Shown here piece after piece: positions 18,875 through 28,705 of a stretch of DNA of 64,000 bases. Position 1 is the first letter of the stretch. Each line of letters starts with the position of its first letter. Source of the DNA: Gammaproteobacteria bacterium (GTDB taxonomy: Bacteria; Pseudomonadota; Gammaproteobacteria; QZLD01); the NCBI GenBank assembly GCA_033852135.1, contig JAWSVB010000016.1, forward strand, positions 100,938-164,937, given 5' to 3'. The notes under the pieces are model-generated. The model did no database searches. It was not told the origin of the DNA and was given only the letters and a program-made list of their open reading frames with translations. A program made the position numbers and the translations under genes.

Positions 18875-19705
18875 ATGACAAAATGTAAACGCACAGTTTT
18901 TTATGTTTCAGATGGAACCGGCATCACTGCTGAGACTTTAGGGCAAACGCTTCTTACTCAGTTTCCTGATTATGAATTTGAACAGGTTAATCTGCCATTT
19001 GTTAACACTACAGAAAAAGCAATTAATACGGTCCGAACTATTAATGAAAATGCCAAAAGTAACTGTGGCAAGCCATTTGTCTTTTGTACAATCATCTCTG
19101 ACCAATTAAGAGAGATATTAAAAGAGAGCGACTCTTTATATTTCGATTTTTTTGAGACTTTTGTAACCCCAATGGAACAAGAACTTGGTGCTAAATCAGC
19201 ACATACAGTTGGTAGATCCCATGGTATGTCTGATTCCAAAGTATATCTGGATAGAATGAATGCGGTAAATTATGCTGTAGATAACGATGATGGCATCACG
19301 ACCAGACATTATGGTAATGCGGATGTGATTATTATCGGAGTTTCTAGATCTGGCAAAACCCCAGTTAGTCTTTATTTAGCTCTGCAGTATGGAATAAGAG
19401 CTGCCAATTACCCTCTAACCGATGAAGACCTTGATAATACTATCCTCCCATCTTCGCTGGAGCCGTATCGCGACAAGATCTTTGGGCTAGTGATTGACCC
19501 AATCCGTTTACAAAAAATCAGGTTTGAGCGTAGACCTAATAGCCGCTATTCATCAATGCCACAGTGCAATTATGAAGTCGCAGCTATAAAGAAAATACTA
19601 AAGCGTGAGCGTGTCAATTTTGTAGATTCTACCGCTATGTCTATTGAAGAGATATCTGCAACAATTATTCAAAATGCTGACTTAAAAAAATCCATCAGAA
19701 AATAA
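18875..19705 (+). CDS. ppsR: PEP synthase regulatory kinase/pyrophosphorylase
   Basis: SDGTGITAE, GVSRSGKTP, ANYPL; divergent from ppsA. Confidence 0.96.
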   Translation: MTKCKRTVFYVSDGTGITAETLGQTLLTQFPDYEFEQVNLPFVNTTEKAINTVRTINENAKSNCGKPFVFCTIISDQLREILKESDSLYFDFFETFVTPMEQELGAKSAHTVGRSHGMSDSKVYLDRMNAVNYAVDNDDGITTRHYGNADVIIIGVSRSGKTPVSLYLALQYGIRAANYPLTDEDLDNTILPSSLEPYRDKIFGLVIDPIRLQKIRFERRPNSRYSSMPQCNYEVAAIKKILKRERVNFVDSTAMSIEEISATIIQNADLKKSIRK

Positions 19706-19717
19706 TGTAATCATTTG

Positions 19718-19751
19718 AATTGCTGCAATATTTACCCCTATTGCAGCAATT
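19718..19751 (+). terminator. Hairpin after ppsR
   Basis: AATTGCTGCAATA/TATTGCAGCAATT. Confidence 0.6.
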
Positions 19752-19890
19752 TACATCCATTTTAAAGCCAAATCATGCGCTAATTCATACTTTAGAACAT
19801 CAGTCAGTGCCGAAATAGAATGTTCAAGCTATATTTATATTGATTGCTACAACAATAAAAACTAACGCAAACAAGATAATTATTAGCCAT

Positions 19891-22800
19891 ATGAACAAGA
19901 AACAGAGTGAAGATAGTGGAAATATTAGAGTAACTCCAACGACCATAACTGGTTCTGTTGAGAAAACGCTTGAGTCTCACCCTTCCCTACACAGTTTGTA
20001 TCATAATGACCCAGAGTTTTTTGGAAACATTACAGATGTAAACTCTATCAATGAACTTCTTGATTTGACCCTTAAAGAGTGCAAAAAAAAATGGGGTTTT
20101 GAATATCTTGGCGCCCAACTGGTAGATAAAAAATCCAATACTATTAAATTTGCCTCCGTGCTGTGTACTCAAGTGATAACTAAAGATGTTAGAAGCTTAA
20201 TAACACGTGAAATTTGGATGGATTCAAAAGAATCTGTTTCTAGCTATGCAGCGCTTAAAAAGACCTGGATTTATAATGATATCGAGAAGTTACTAGAATC
20301 TACTGATATCACATTAATGGATAAAGGGCCTCTTACTGCTCTTGGAGTTAAAGAGACTTTAATAATACCGATTTTAATTAAAGGGGAAGCAATCGCACTG
20401 TTTAACCTAGGTTCTATGTCAAAAAAACAAGGTTATGACACAGAAACTTTGGAGCATATAGTCTGCTTTCTAAACTCTTTATCAACTTATATAAGAATTT
20501 TTAAGCATCAACACGCTATTGAAGAGCATACCAATGAACAAGAAGAAACCCTCAGCCTAGTCAGCAAAATAAGCAGCACTATAAACTTTAATGAGATCAT
20601 TGAGCTTCTTCAAACCTCAATAAAATCAATCACTGACTATGATGGTTTAATAATCAACCTTTATGACCAGGATACTCAAAAACTTAAAATACAGGGAATA
20701 GATCTACCACAAAAATTCAAACCGGTTGAAAAGCCACTATTACACTTCGCTACATCAATCAATGAACCAGAAGCAATTGTAGAGAGCTTTGAAAATAACC
20801 GTATTATTGAAGTTGACACTAAAAGCCTTAGCTCACAATCTATCCCTCTGAAAAATCAATTTATCGGCTGGGAGATAAAGTCACTTAAGATCATCCCATT
20901 AAGCATCTCGGATTTAGCTCCATTAGGAACAATTTCTGTATTTAGCTGTGATGAGAACAAACATATCACTGCGCCTATGATTGAAAAAGTGCGCAAAAAA
21001 ATAATCCAGTTTTATAACCCTCTTAAAAATGCATATAAATACATCAACCTGAAAAAGAGTGAAGCAGCCTTTAGATGCGCACAGAGTGAACGCAGTAAGC
21101 TAATTAAATTTATTAACCTGGTTAACAGCCTTAATTCAGCTGAAAAAATCTATAAAATAATTTCTCAAGAGATTCTTAAGCTTTACGATTTTGAAACTGC
21201 TCATATCATGATGGAGGAAAACTCAAAACTTGTTGCCAAGGCATCAGAATCTAAATTCGATAGATACAACTCTATTTGCACTGAATGGACCATGATAATG
21301 CGTGATGTTGACTATGATGTCAGCAAAGCCACTGGAGCTTACCCATTAACATTTGTGGGGAAAAAAGCGTTCTATTTCGGTGATCTAAGTGAAATTATTG
21401 ATATTAAAATGAGTGACAATGATGAAAAAATCATCGGTTCAATCTCAAAAATACACCCCATTAAATCAATAATAAACTTTCCGATAATTAATAATGGTAC
21501 GGCTATCGGCGTTATAAGCTTAATGAGCTTAAGTACTAACGTAAAACTATCCTCAGAAGATATATCCTTTCTTGAACTCATTGGTGAGTTTTTTGGTTCT
21601 GCAATTACCAATGCTGGTCTGTATACAACAATAGCGAATCATAAAAGTGAAACTGAAAAAACACTATTTGAATTAGAATCAACGCAAAAGAAACTTATAG
21701 ATACAGAAAGAAAACGTGCAGAAGCTCTTCTTATTGCTAAAGAAACAGCTGAAGCAACCGCAAAGTCTAAAAGCCAGTTCCTTGCCAATATGAGCCACGA
21801 GATAAGAACCCCTATGAATGCAATTATAGGGTTAACAAATCTTGCTATAAGAAATGAACTACCAATAAAAGTAAAAAATTATCTACATAAAATAGATACA
21901 TCCTCAAAGACACTGCTGCATCTAATCGATGATATTTTAGATTTTTCCAAGATTGAATCAGGCAAATTCACTATTGAAAAAACCAGTTTCTCCTTACGAG
22001 GTGTACTAGATAATATCTCAGATATTTTCACACCAAAACTTGCAGAAAACCCCGACCTAGACATCATTATTACCGCTGACGATAACATTTGTGACAGTTT
22101 ATGTGGCGACCCTAACCGCATAGGCCAAGTTATTATAAACATAGTGAATAACGCTATTAAATTTACCAACTCTGGTGAGATAACCATAAATATCAGCCAG
22201 AGAGGTAGGTCTCAAGAACCATATAAACTCGAGTTCTCAATATCAGATACTGGCATAGGGATTAAAGATGATGTAATTGGATCTCTCTTTGACTCCTTCA
22301 CCCAAGCAGATGGCTCAATTTCAAGAAAATATGGGGGAACAGGACTCGGGCTTACTATATGTAAAAGTTTAGTTGAACTTATGGGCGGTAGGATATGGGT
22401 AGAGAGTGAAATAGGCAAAGGGAGTACGTTCTACTTTACAGTTAAGCTAGAAAAATCTGAATCAAGAAGCAGCATTGATGTTCATATCCCAGATAACATC
22501 CGCAATAAAAAAATACTCATTGTTGATGATAACCGCAGCCTCAGAACAGAAATGTGTAACGCATTAAGATCATATGGGCTTTCTGCTGATGCCGTCTCTT
22601 CTGGAAGTGAGGCTATCAATAGATTAAATGCCGCATATAACAGCCAGCAACCATATGACCTTGCAATAATTGATATCAATATGCCTGTTATGGATGGTGT
22701 ACAAACTGCGCAAAACATCTATATCGATGATAAATTCAATAACTTGCCAATTATCTCTTTAGGAACACTGGGGCAAGAAGAGATTGTAAATAACATTAAT

Positions 22801-23742
22801 AATATAGCCGCCATAATTTACAAGCCAATAAAGCCTGTTGAACTTATTGAGTCGGTATTAACTGTTCTAGATGCTGAGATTGCTACCATTAACAAACTCG
22901 ATTCATCAATAAATACAGAAGATGATGTAGAACAAATAGCTAAAGAAAAGCTAAGAGGCAATAAAGTTCTGGTAATTGACGATAACAACCTGAATTTACA
23001 AGTTGCAAGTGAGCTTATGCAAGTTATCGGTATTCATGTAGAAACATCTTCAAGTGCAGCCGAAGGGATAGAAAAAATCCGTAAAAATGCATACAACCTG
23101 ATTTTCATGGATATTCAGATGCCAGAGCTAAATGGGTATGATGCAACTGAAACAATTCGTAAAGATCCGAACATTCAAGACAATATCATTATTGCAATGA
23201 CAGCAAATGCAATGGATGGGGATAAAAGCGCCTGTCTAAGGGCTGGCATGGATGACTATATTCCAAAACCAATAAACACAACATCGCTATACCAATCGCT
23301 TTTAAAATGGCTGGATAAAGACCCTGGTAAACAAAATGGAGCTCAAGAGCTTTCCTCTCCGCTGGAAAAAATTAAAGTTCGAGCCAATGCAATCAAACAA
23401 GATAATCAAATAGACTTTAACCTAGCAATACAAAAGCTTGGTAACAACAAGACTCTATTTGTTAAGTTAGTGCATGACTTCTGTACTAACTTTGTTGGTC
23501 ATCCGCAGCAGATTTCTGATGCAGTAGCAGAGAATAACATTGAAGTTGCACACCGGCTTGCGCATACCGTAAAAGGTGTGGCGGGTACATTTGGGGCTAA
23601 CTTCCTGTATGACTCAGCACTACTTTTAGAAACCATGCTAAAACGGGGAGAAACAGATAATCTAGATCTTACTATATCTATGTTTAAAAAAGATTTTGAA
23701 AATTGTCATGCCCAACTAAACGCCTTCCTTAAAAACATTTAA
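19891..23742 (+). CDS. Cytoplasmic hybrid histidine kinase (3 GAF-like, HisKA, HATPase, 2 REC, Hpt)
   Basis: ANMSHEIRTPMN, GGTGLGL, DINMP, DIQMP, AHTVKG; no TM segment; ATG 19891 preferred over TTG 19840. Confidence 0.93.
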   Translation: MNKKQSEDSGNIRVTPTTITGSVEKTLESHPSLHSLYHNDPEFFGNITDVNSINELLDLTLKECKKKWGFEYLGAQLVDKKSNTIKFASVLCTQVITKDVRSLITREIWMDSKESVSSYAALKKTWIYNDIEKLLESTDITLMDKGPLTALGVKETLIIPILIKGEAIALFNLGSMSKKQGYDTETLEHIVCFLNSLSTYIRIFKHQHAIEEHTNEQEETLSLVSKISSTINFNEIIELLQTSIKSITDYDGLIINLYDQDTQKLKIQGIDLPQKFKPVEKPLLHFATSINEPEAIVESFENNRIIEVDTKSLSSQSIPLKNQFIGWEIKSLKIIPLSISDLAPLGTISVFSCDENKHITAPMIEKVRKKIIQFYNPLKNAYKYINLKKSEAAFRCAQSERSKLIKFINLVNSLNSAEKIYKIISQEILKLYDFETAHIMMEENSKLVAKASESKFDRYNSICTEWTMIMRDVDYDVSKATGAYPLTFVGKKAFYFGDLSEIIDIKMSDNDEKIIGSISKIHPIKSIINFPIINNGTAIGVISLMSLSTNVKLSSEDISFLELIGEFFGSAITNAGLYTTIANHKSETEKTLFELESTQKKLIDTERKRAEALLIAKETAEATAKSKSQFLANMSHEIRTPMNAIIGLTNLAIRNELPIKVKNYLHKIDTSSKTLLHLIDDILDFSKIESGKFTIEKTSFSLRGVLDNISDIFTPKLAENPDLDIIITADDNICDSLCGDPNRIGQVIINIVNNAIKFTNSGEITINISQRGRSQEPYKLEFSISDTGIGIKDDVIGSLFDSFTQADGSISRKYGGTGLGLTICKSLVELMGGRIWVESEIGKGSTFYFTVKLEKSESRSSIDVHIPDNIRNKKILIVDDNRSLRTEMCNALRSYGLSADAVSSGSEAINRLNAAYNSQQPYDLAIIDINMPVMDGVQTAQNIYIDDKFNNLPIISLGTLGQEEIVNNINNIAAIIYKPIKPVELIESVLTVLDAEIATINKLDSSINTEDDVEQIAKEKLRGNKVLVIDDNNLNLQVASELMQVIGIHVETSSSAAEGIEKIRKNAYNLIFMDIQMPELNGYDATETIRKDPNIQDNIIIAMTANAMDGDKSACLRAGMDDYIPKPINTTSLYQSLLKWLDKDPGKQNGAQELSSPLEKIKVRANAIKQDNQIDFNLAIQKLGNNKTLFVKLVHDFCTNFVGHPQQISDAVAENNIEVAHRLAHTVKGVAGTFGANFLYDSALLLETMLKRGETDNLDLTISMFKKDFENCHAQLNAFLKNI

Positions 23743-23899
23743 CAGTTGAAGCTTAACAATTAAGCTCTGTTGCCACATTTCTGCCACATTTCATACTCAC
23801 TTTTACACTATATGCGCCCTAAACTGCCCTGCGGTTCATCTATAATTATTTTAACTAACTTAATTTATGAACTTGAAATGGACCTATAGGAAAATAATC

Positions 23900-26800
23900 A
23901 TGCGAAAGTTTTTGGCTTTAATAGTGCTTTCAGCGTTAACAACAGTATTGTTACCACAAACATCATATGCGACTGGCGACGATTTTAACCTGATAAAAGC
24001 ATCAGAAAAAATTGTAAATAACATGCCGGTGCTTTATCTGGAGTTTAATCAGAAACTAAATACCAGCATTAATAACAATAATTTCTTTCAAGTTACTGCC
24101 ATAGAAAAAGACAGAACTTACAATTTAGGTGGAGGATGGGTTATAGATGACAATGAAAAAAACATCTATTTCTCCAATATTCTGCCGAATAAAACTTACG
24201 ATATAACTATAAGAAAGCTTACAAGCCGCAGCAAAGAACAGATAGAAAATCAGATAAAAGTTACGGTTAAAACCAAGCACCTTGAACCCCAATTTGGGTT
24301 TGCAGCACAAGGATCGATACTACCGAAAAATACCAATGGTGGTCTGCCAATAATGACTATCAATGTGGACGAAGTTGATATTGAGTTCTTACATGTACTG
24401 CCACATAAATTAAATGCATTCCTTCAGCGTTACTACCTAACCAAAATCAGCCATAACTACGAGATGAGAAATCTACATAACTATGCCGCTCCTGTACATC
24501 AAGGCAGGTTCGTTATTAACGACAAAACCAAGAATAAGCGCATAACCTCAAATATCGACCTGCAACCGATTAAAACTCTTAAAAAACCAGGTATGTACAT
24601 AGCTGTAATGACACGTCCTGGGCTCTACGAATATAGTTATAAAACAGCCTACTTTTTTATAAGTGACATAGGGTTACACGCACGTAAATACAAAAATCAT
24701 ATAGATTTATATACCGCATCGCTGCAAGATGGAAAACCGATTAAAGATGTAGATCTTAAGCTGTATAACTATAACAATTTAGTTACAAGTGAAGGTAAAA
24801 CAGATGCTAAAGGCTATGCCTCTTTAAAATTATCTGTTCGTGACAATACCGACTCTTTAATCATCGCCCAAAAAGATGATGAGGTTTCATTCATTAAAAT
24901 AAACACATCTGCCTTGGATCTTTCTGAATTCCCAATAAGTGGGGTTAATCAAAACCACCTAAATGGATTTATCTTCAGTAACCGCAACCTATTCAGACCT
25001 GGTGAAACCCTCCCCTTATCGCTTCTTTTGCGCGATTTCGACGGTAAACCAGTTGCCGAAAGACCAATATACCTAACAATCAGCGATCCTTCAGGTAGCA
25101 AATATAAACAATACACTTTGAGAAGTAGTAACAGTGGTTATTATGAAAAAGACATCTGGATTCCAGAGAATGCAAAAACAGGAAAATGGACAGCAATTGC
25201 TCACACCAGCTCCAACTTAAGTGCATCAATTGGCAAATTCAAATTTAATGTTGAAGAGTTCTTACCGGAAAGAATCAAACTTGAACTAACATCTACGGAA
25301 AAGGTATACCAAGCAAATGAATCAATCGATATTGAACTACAAGCCGACTACCTTTATGGAGCCCCTGCTGCATTAAATAAAGCATCTGCCGTATCTATCA
25401 TTAAACCTAATATACACCCCAGCAAAAAATATAAAAAATTCTTCTTTGGCAACCATATACAAAGCAGTCAACCTGTTCGCAATAATGTTTTTGATGGCAA
25501 ACTCGATAAAGATGGAAAAACAAAAATAATACTTAAAACCCCAGCAAAAGTTGAAGCACCAATGCGAGCAACACTAATCGCTAGTGTATTTGAATCGGGC
25601 GGGCGGGCGATAAACCGATCTATCGATAGACAAGTTTGGCCTGCAGATACTGTAATAGGGATAAAACCAACTTTTGATGGCTCTTATGCACCAGTTAATC
25701 AAGATATAGTGTTTGAATTAATCAACATCGACTCCAACGATAATTTAAAGGGTGCAGACGACCTTGAAGTTAAATTAATCTTTGAGCAACGCGACCACCA
25801 CTGGTACTACGATAATGATAATGGTTGGGAGGCAAAATATACCCAACTAGACCATGAAAGATTTAAAACCACAGTAAACCTTAAACAGAATAAAGTTGGC
25901 AAAGTATCCATCCCGGCGCAAAGGTGGGGCCGCTATAGAGTCGAAGTAAGAACCAAAGATAAAAAAATCCTTACCAGCTACCGTTTTCGCATGGGGTGGT
26001 TCTCTGACGACAACAACAGCAACCGTCCCAACAAAGTTCAACTAAGCCTTGATAAAGAGAAATACCAAGCGGGTGAGATTGCAAAGCTTAAGATAAAGCC
26101 TCCCCATGCTGGCAATGCGCTAATAATGGTGGAATCAAATAAAAAGCTATTCAGTAAGCGCATATATGTTCCAGCAACTGGGATTGAAACAGATATTAAA
26201 ATAGAGCCTGAATGGGATAGTCAAAACATCTATATAAGTGCGGTTATTTTCCGTGAAGCCAGTAAAAAAGAGATGATTACTCCGCAGCGAGCGATGGGGA
26301 TAATCCATCTACCGCTTGAGCGTAAACAGCGCAAACTTGCTGTGCAGATTGAACCGATAGATAAAGCATTACCCAACCAAGAGCTTCAATTAAAGATTAA
26401 AATTGATGGGGTTAAAAATAAAAAGGTGTGGGTAAAATTCGCCGCAGTAGACGTTGGGATTTTAAATATAACCAACTATAAAACTCCAGATCCTTTTTCC
26501 CATTTCTTTGCTAAAAGGCGCTATAACGTTGATAGCTATGACCTCTACAACAAAATTATTGAAAACCAAAAAGGAAGGCTAACCAAACAGCAATTTGGCG
26601 GTGATGCAGATATGAGCGGCAAGAGAAAAAACCGCCTGCCAAAAGCCAAGGTAAAGCTTATTTCACTATCTAAACAGTTGTTGCAAACAGATGAATCAGG
26701 TAACGCCATGATTAAGTTTAAGGCACCAGATTTTAACGGCAAACTTAAACTAACCGCGATCGCATTCACCGATGATAGCTTTGGGTCTGGTGAGAGTGAG

Positions 26801-28705
26801 ACTATCGTTGCCTCCCCTATTGTCGCTGAAATATCCACGCCGAAGTTCCTCTCCGATAATGATGCAGCGATGATTGCTTTAGATATTCAAAATCTAAGCG
26901 GTTCAGAACAAGAGATAGAGTTTGAACTAATCACCGAGGCACCGCTAAAAGTGAGCAACTACAGCAGCCTTGAAAGTATCGCCGATAAATCTAAGAAAAG
27001 TTATTTCTTTGAGATAAGCGCAGGCGCATCCTACGGTATCGGCAAAATTAAACTCAAACTATCCACAGCCAATAAATTTCAGCTTGAACGGGAATGGGAG
27101 CTAGCAATCCGCCCAGCTTACCCAAGCGAGATGCGTACATTTATGACTAAAATAGCTGGCGATGCCAAATTCACCCTGAAGCAAGAATGGGTAAAAGGAC
27201 TGAATCCAGAAAGCACGATTATCGATATTGTCGCCTCCAACACCCCACCATTTAATTTAAACAATATCGCTAAAGGTCTATTTGGTTACCCTTATGGCTG
27301 CCTTGAGCAAACAACCAGTAAGGCATTTGCCAACCTGTTTATCGATGATAAAACTGCCAAGCTTCTTAACCGTAAGCCAATATCAACTGCAGAGAGAATA
27401 GACAAACATGAGAGAGCAATTTCAAGATTGTCTGGTATGCAGCTTGCCAACGGTGCATTTGGCCTGTGGAGTAGTAACAGTCCTGAACAACCATGGCTGA
27501 GCTCATATGTTGCCGACTATCTTTTAACAGCTAAAGATAAAGGGTTTGAAGTTCCTGAGCTGATGCTTAATAAACTACTAGCGCAATTAAAGAACAGAAT
27601 TAATGGGCGCTCACTTTCTATAGTAAGACGACTATACAGCCAAGATAATAACCATCTTGCTTTTGCATCAGATTCCTATGCTGCCTACGTGTTATCCAAG
27701 GTAAACATGGTTCAACTAAGCACCTTGCGCAATATGTATGAATATAAAAAATCACATGCGAAGTCTGGCCTGCCACTGGTTCATCTTGGTGTTGCTCTGA
27801 TTAATTTAGGGGATAAACGCAAAGGGATGGAAGCGATAAAAGATGGGATAAAAACTAAGCGCGGAAAGAGATATCTTGGTGACTATGGTACTAGCTTACG
27901 CGACTCAGCATTGATGCTCTCCCTGATTGAAAATCATGCTATTAAACTAGAAAACAACCTTATTCATACCATATGGCAAGAATCCGAAGCCAAGCGTTAT
28001 CTAAGCACGCAAGAGCGGGTATCAATCCTTAAGGCTGGATTCTCAACAATCAACGAAAGCAGTCCATTCACCGTGGGTGTCATTCAAGAGATGATTGAAG
28101 AGAGAGTTGATGCAAAAAAATTCTTCAGCATGGAGTTCACCCATGATGATGTAATTACCGGGACTGATTTACAGTTTATAAGTGATAAAGATATGTTTGT
28201 ATATGCTGCAGTGTCAGGGTATCCCACCAAGCCACCAAAACCTAAAATGGATAACTTTGAAGTCACCAGAAACCTATATTCAATGGATGGAAAACCATTA
28301 GATAAAAGGGTATTTGCAAGCGGTGAGATGGTAATTGCTCACCTGCAAATCAAAACTAATGAATATTATGATAACGCTATGGTAATCGACCTTATCCCTG
28401 CTGGATTAGAGATTGAAAACCTAAACCTATCTCAAGGCGATAGCCTAAATAACATACAGTTAAGCGGCATAAATCCCGCTGCTGCTATGCAAAGTTACAA
28501 TATAAAACACATTGAATTCAGAGATGATAGATATGTTGCAGCATTAGCTTTATCTCCCAACAGAGTCACTCACCTATTTTATATACTGCGCGCAGTTTCC
28601 CCAGGAGTATACATTGTGCCACCAACCTACATTGAGGATATGTACAGACCACAACACAATGGAGTTGGATTAACGCAAAAGCCAATTACGGTACAAAATA
28701 AATAA
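23900..28705 (+). CDS. yfhM: Bacterial alpha-2-macroglobulin
   Basis: YPYGCLEQ thioester motif, FRPGE, VEEFLPER, AAVDVG, DMYRP; coupled to pbpC. Start at ATG 23900 after AGGA. Confidence 0.95.
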   Translation: MRKFLALIVLSALTTVLLPQTSYATGDDFNLIKASEKIVNNMPVLYLEFNQKLNTSINNNNFFQVTAIEKDRTYNLGGGWVIDDNEKNIYFSNILPNKTYDITIRKLTSRSKEQIENQIKVTVKTKHLEPQFGFAAQGSILPKNTNGGLPIMTINVDEVDIEFLHVLPHKLNAFLQRYYLTKISHNYEMRNLHNYAAPVHQGRFVINDKTKNKRITSNIDLQPIKTLKKPGMYIAVMTRPGLYEYSYKTAYFFISDIGLHARKYKNHIDLYTASLQDGKPIKDVDLKLYNYNNLVTSEGKTDAKGYASLKLSVRDNTDSLIIAQKDDEVSFIKINTSALDLSEFPISGVNQNHLNGFIFSNRNLFRPGETLPLSLLLRDFDGKPVAERPIYLTISDPSGSKYKQYTLRSSNSGYYEKDIWIPENAKTGKWTAIAHTSSNLSASIGKFKFNVEEFLPERIKLELTSTEKVYQANESIDIELQADYLYGAPAALNKASAVSIIKPNIHPSKKYKKFFFGNHIQSSQPVRNNVFDGKLDKDGKTKIILKTPAKVEAPMRATLIASVFESGGRAINRSIDRQVWPADTVIGIKPTFDGSYAPVNQDIVFELINIDSNDNLKGADDLEVKLIFEQRDHHWYYDNDNGWEAKYTQLDHERFKTTVNLKQNKVGKVSIPAQRWGRYRVEVRTKDKKILTSYRFRMGWFSDDNNSNRPNKVQLSLDKEKYQAGEIAKLKIKPPHAGNALIMVESNKKLFSKRIYVPATGIETDIKIEPEWDSQNIYISAVIFREASKKEMITPQRAMGIIHLPLERKQRKLAVQIEPIDKALPNQELQLKIKIDGVKNKKVWVKFAAVDVGILNITNYKTPDPFSHFFAKRRYNVDSYDLYNKIIENQKGRLTKQQFGGDADMSGKRKNRLPKAKVKLISLSKQLLQTDESGNAMIKFKAPDFNGKLKLTAIAFTDDSFGSGESETIVASPIVAEISTPKFLSDNDAAMIALDIQNLSGSEQEIEFELITEAPLKVSNYSSLESIADKSKKSYFFEISAGASYGIGKIKLKLSTANKFQLEREWELAIRPAYPSEMRTFMTKIAGDAKFTLKQEWVKGLNPESTIIDIVASNTPPFNLNNIAKGLFGYPYGCLEQTTSKAFANLFIDDKTAKLLNRKPISTAERIDKHERAISRLSGMQLANGAFGLWSSNSPEQPWLSSYVADYLLTAKDKGFEVPELMLNKLLAQLKNRINGRSLSIVRRLYSQDNNHLAFASDSYAAYVLSKVNMVQLSTLRNMYEYKKSHAKSGLPLVHLGVALINLGDKRKGMEAIKDGIKTKRGKRYLGDYGTSLRDSALMLSLIENHAIKLENNLIHTIWQESEAKRYLSTQERVSILKAGFSTINESSPFTVGVIQEMIEERVDAKKFFSMEFTHDDVITGTDLQFISDKDMFVYAAVSGYPTKPPKPKMDNFEVTRNLYSMDGKPLDKRVFASGEMVIAHLQIKTNEYYDNAMVIDLIPAGLEIENLNLSQGDSLNNIQLSGINPAAAMQSYNIKHIEFRDDRYVAALALSPNRVTHLFYILRAVSPGVYIVPPTYIEDMYRPQHNGVGLTQKPITVQNK

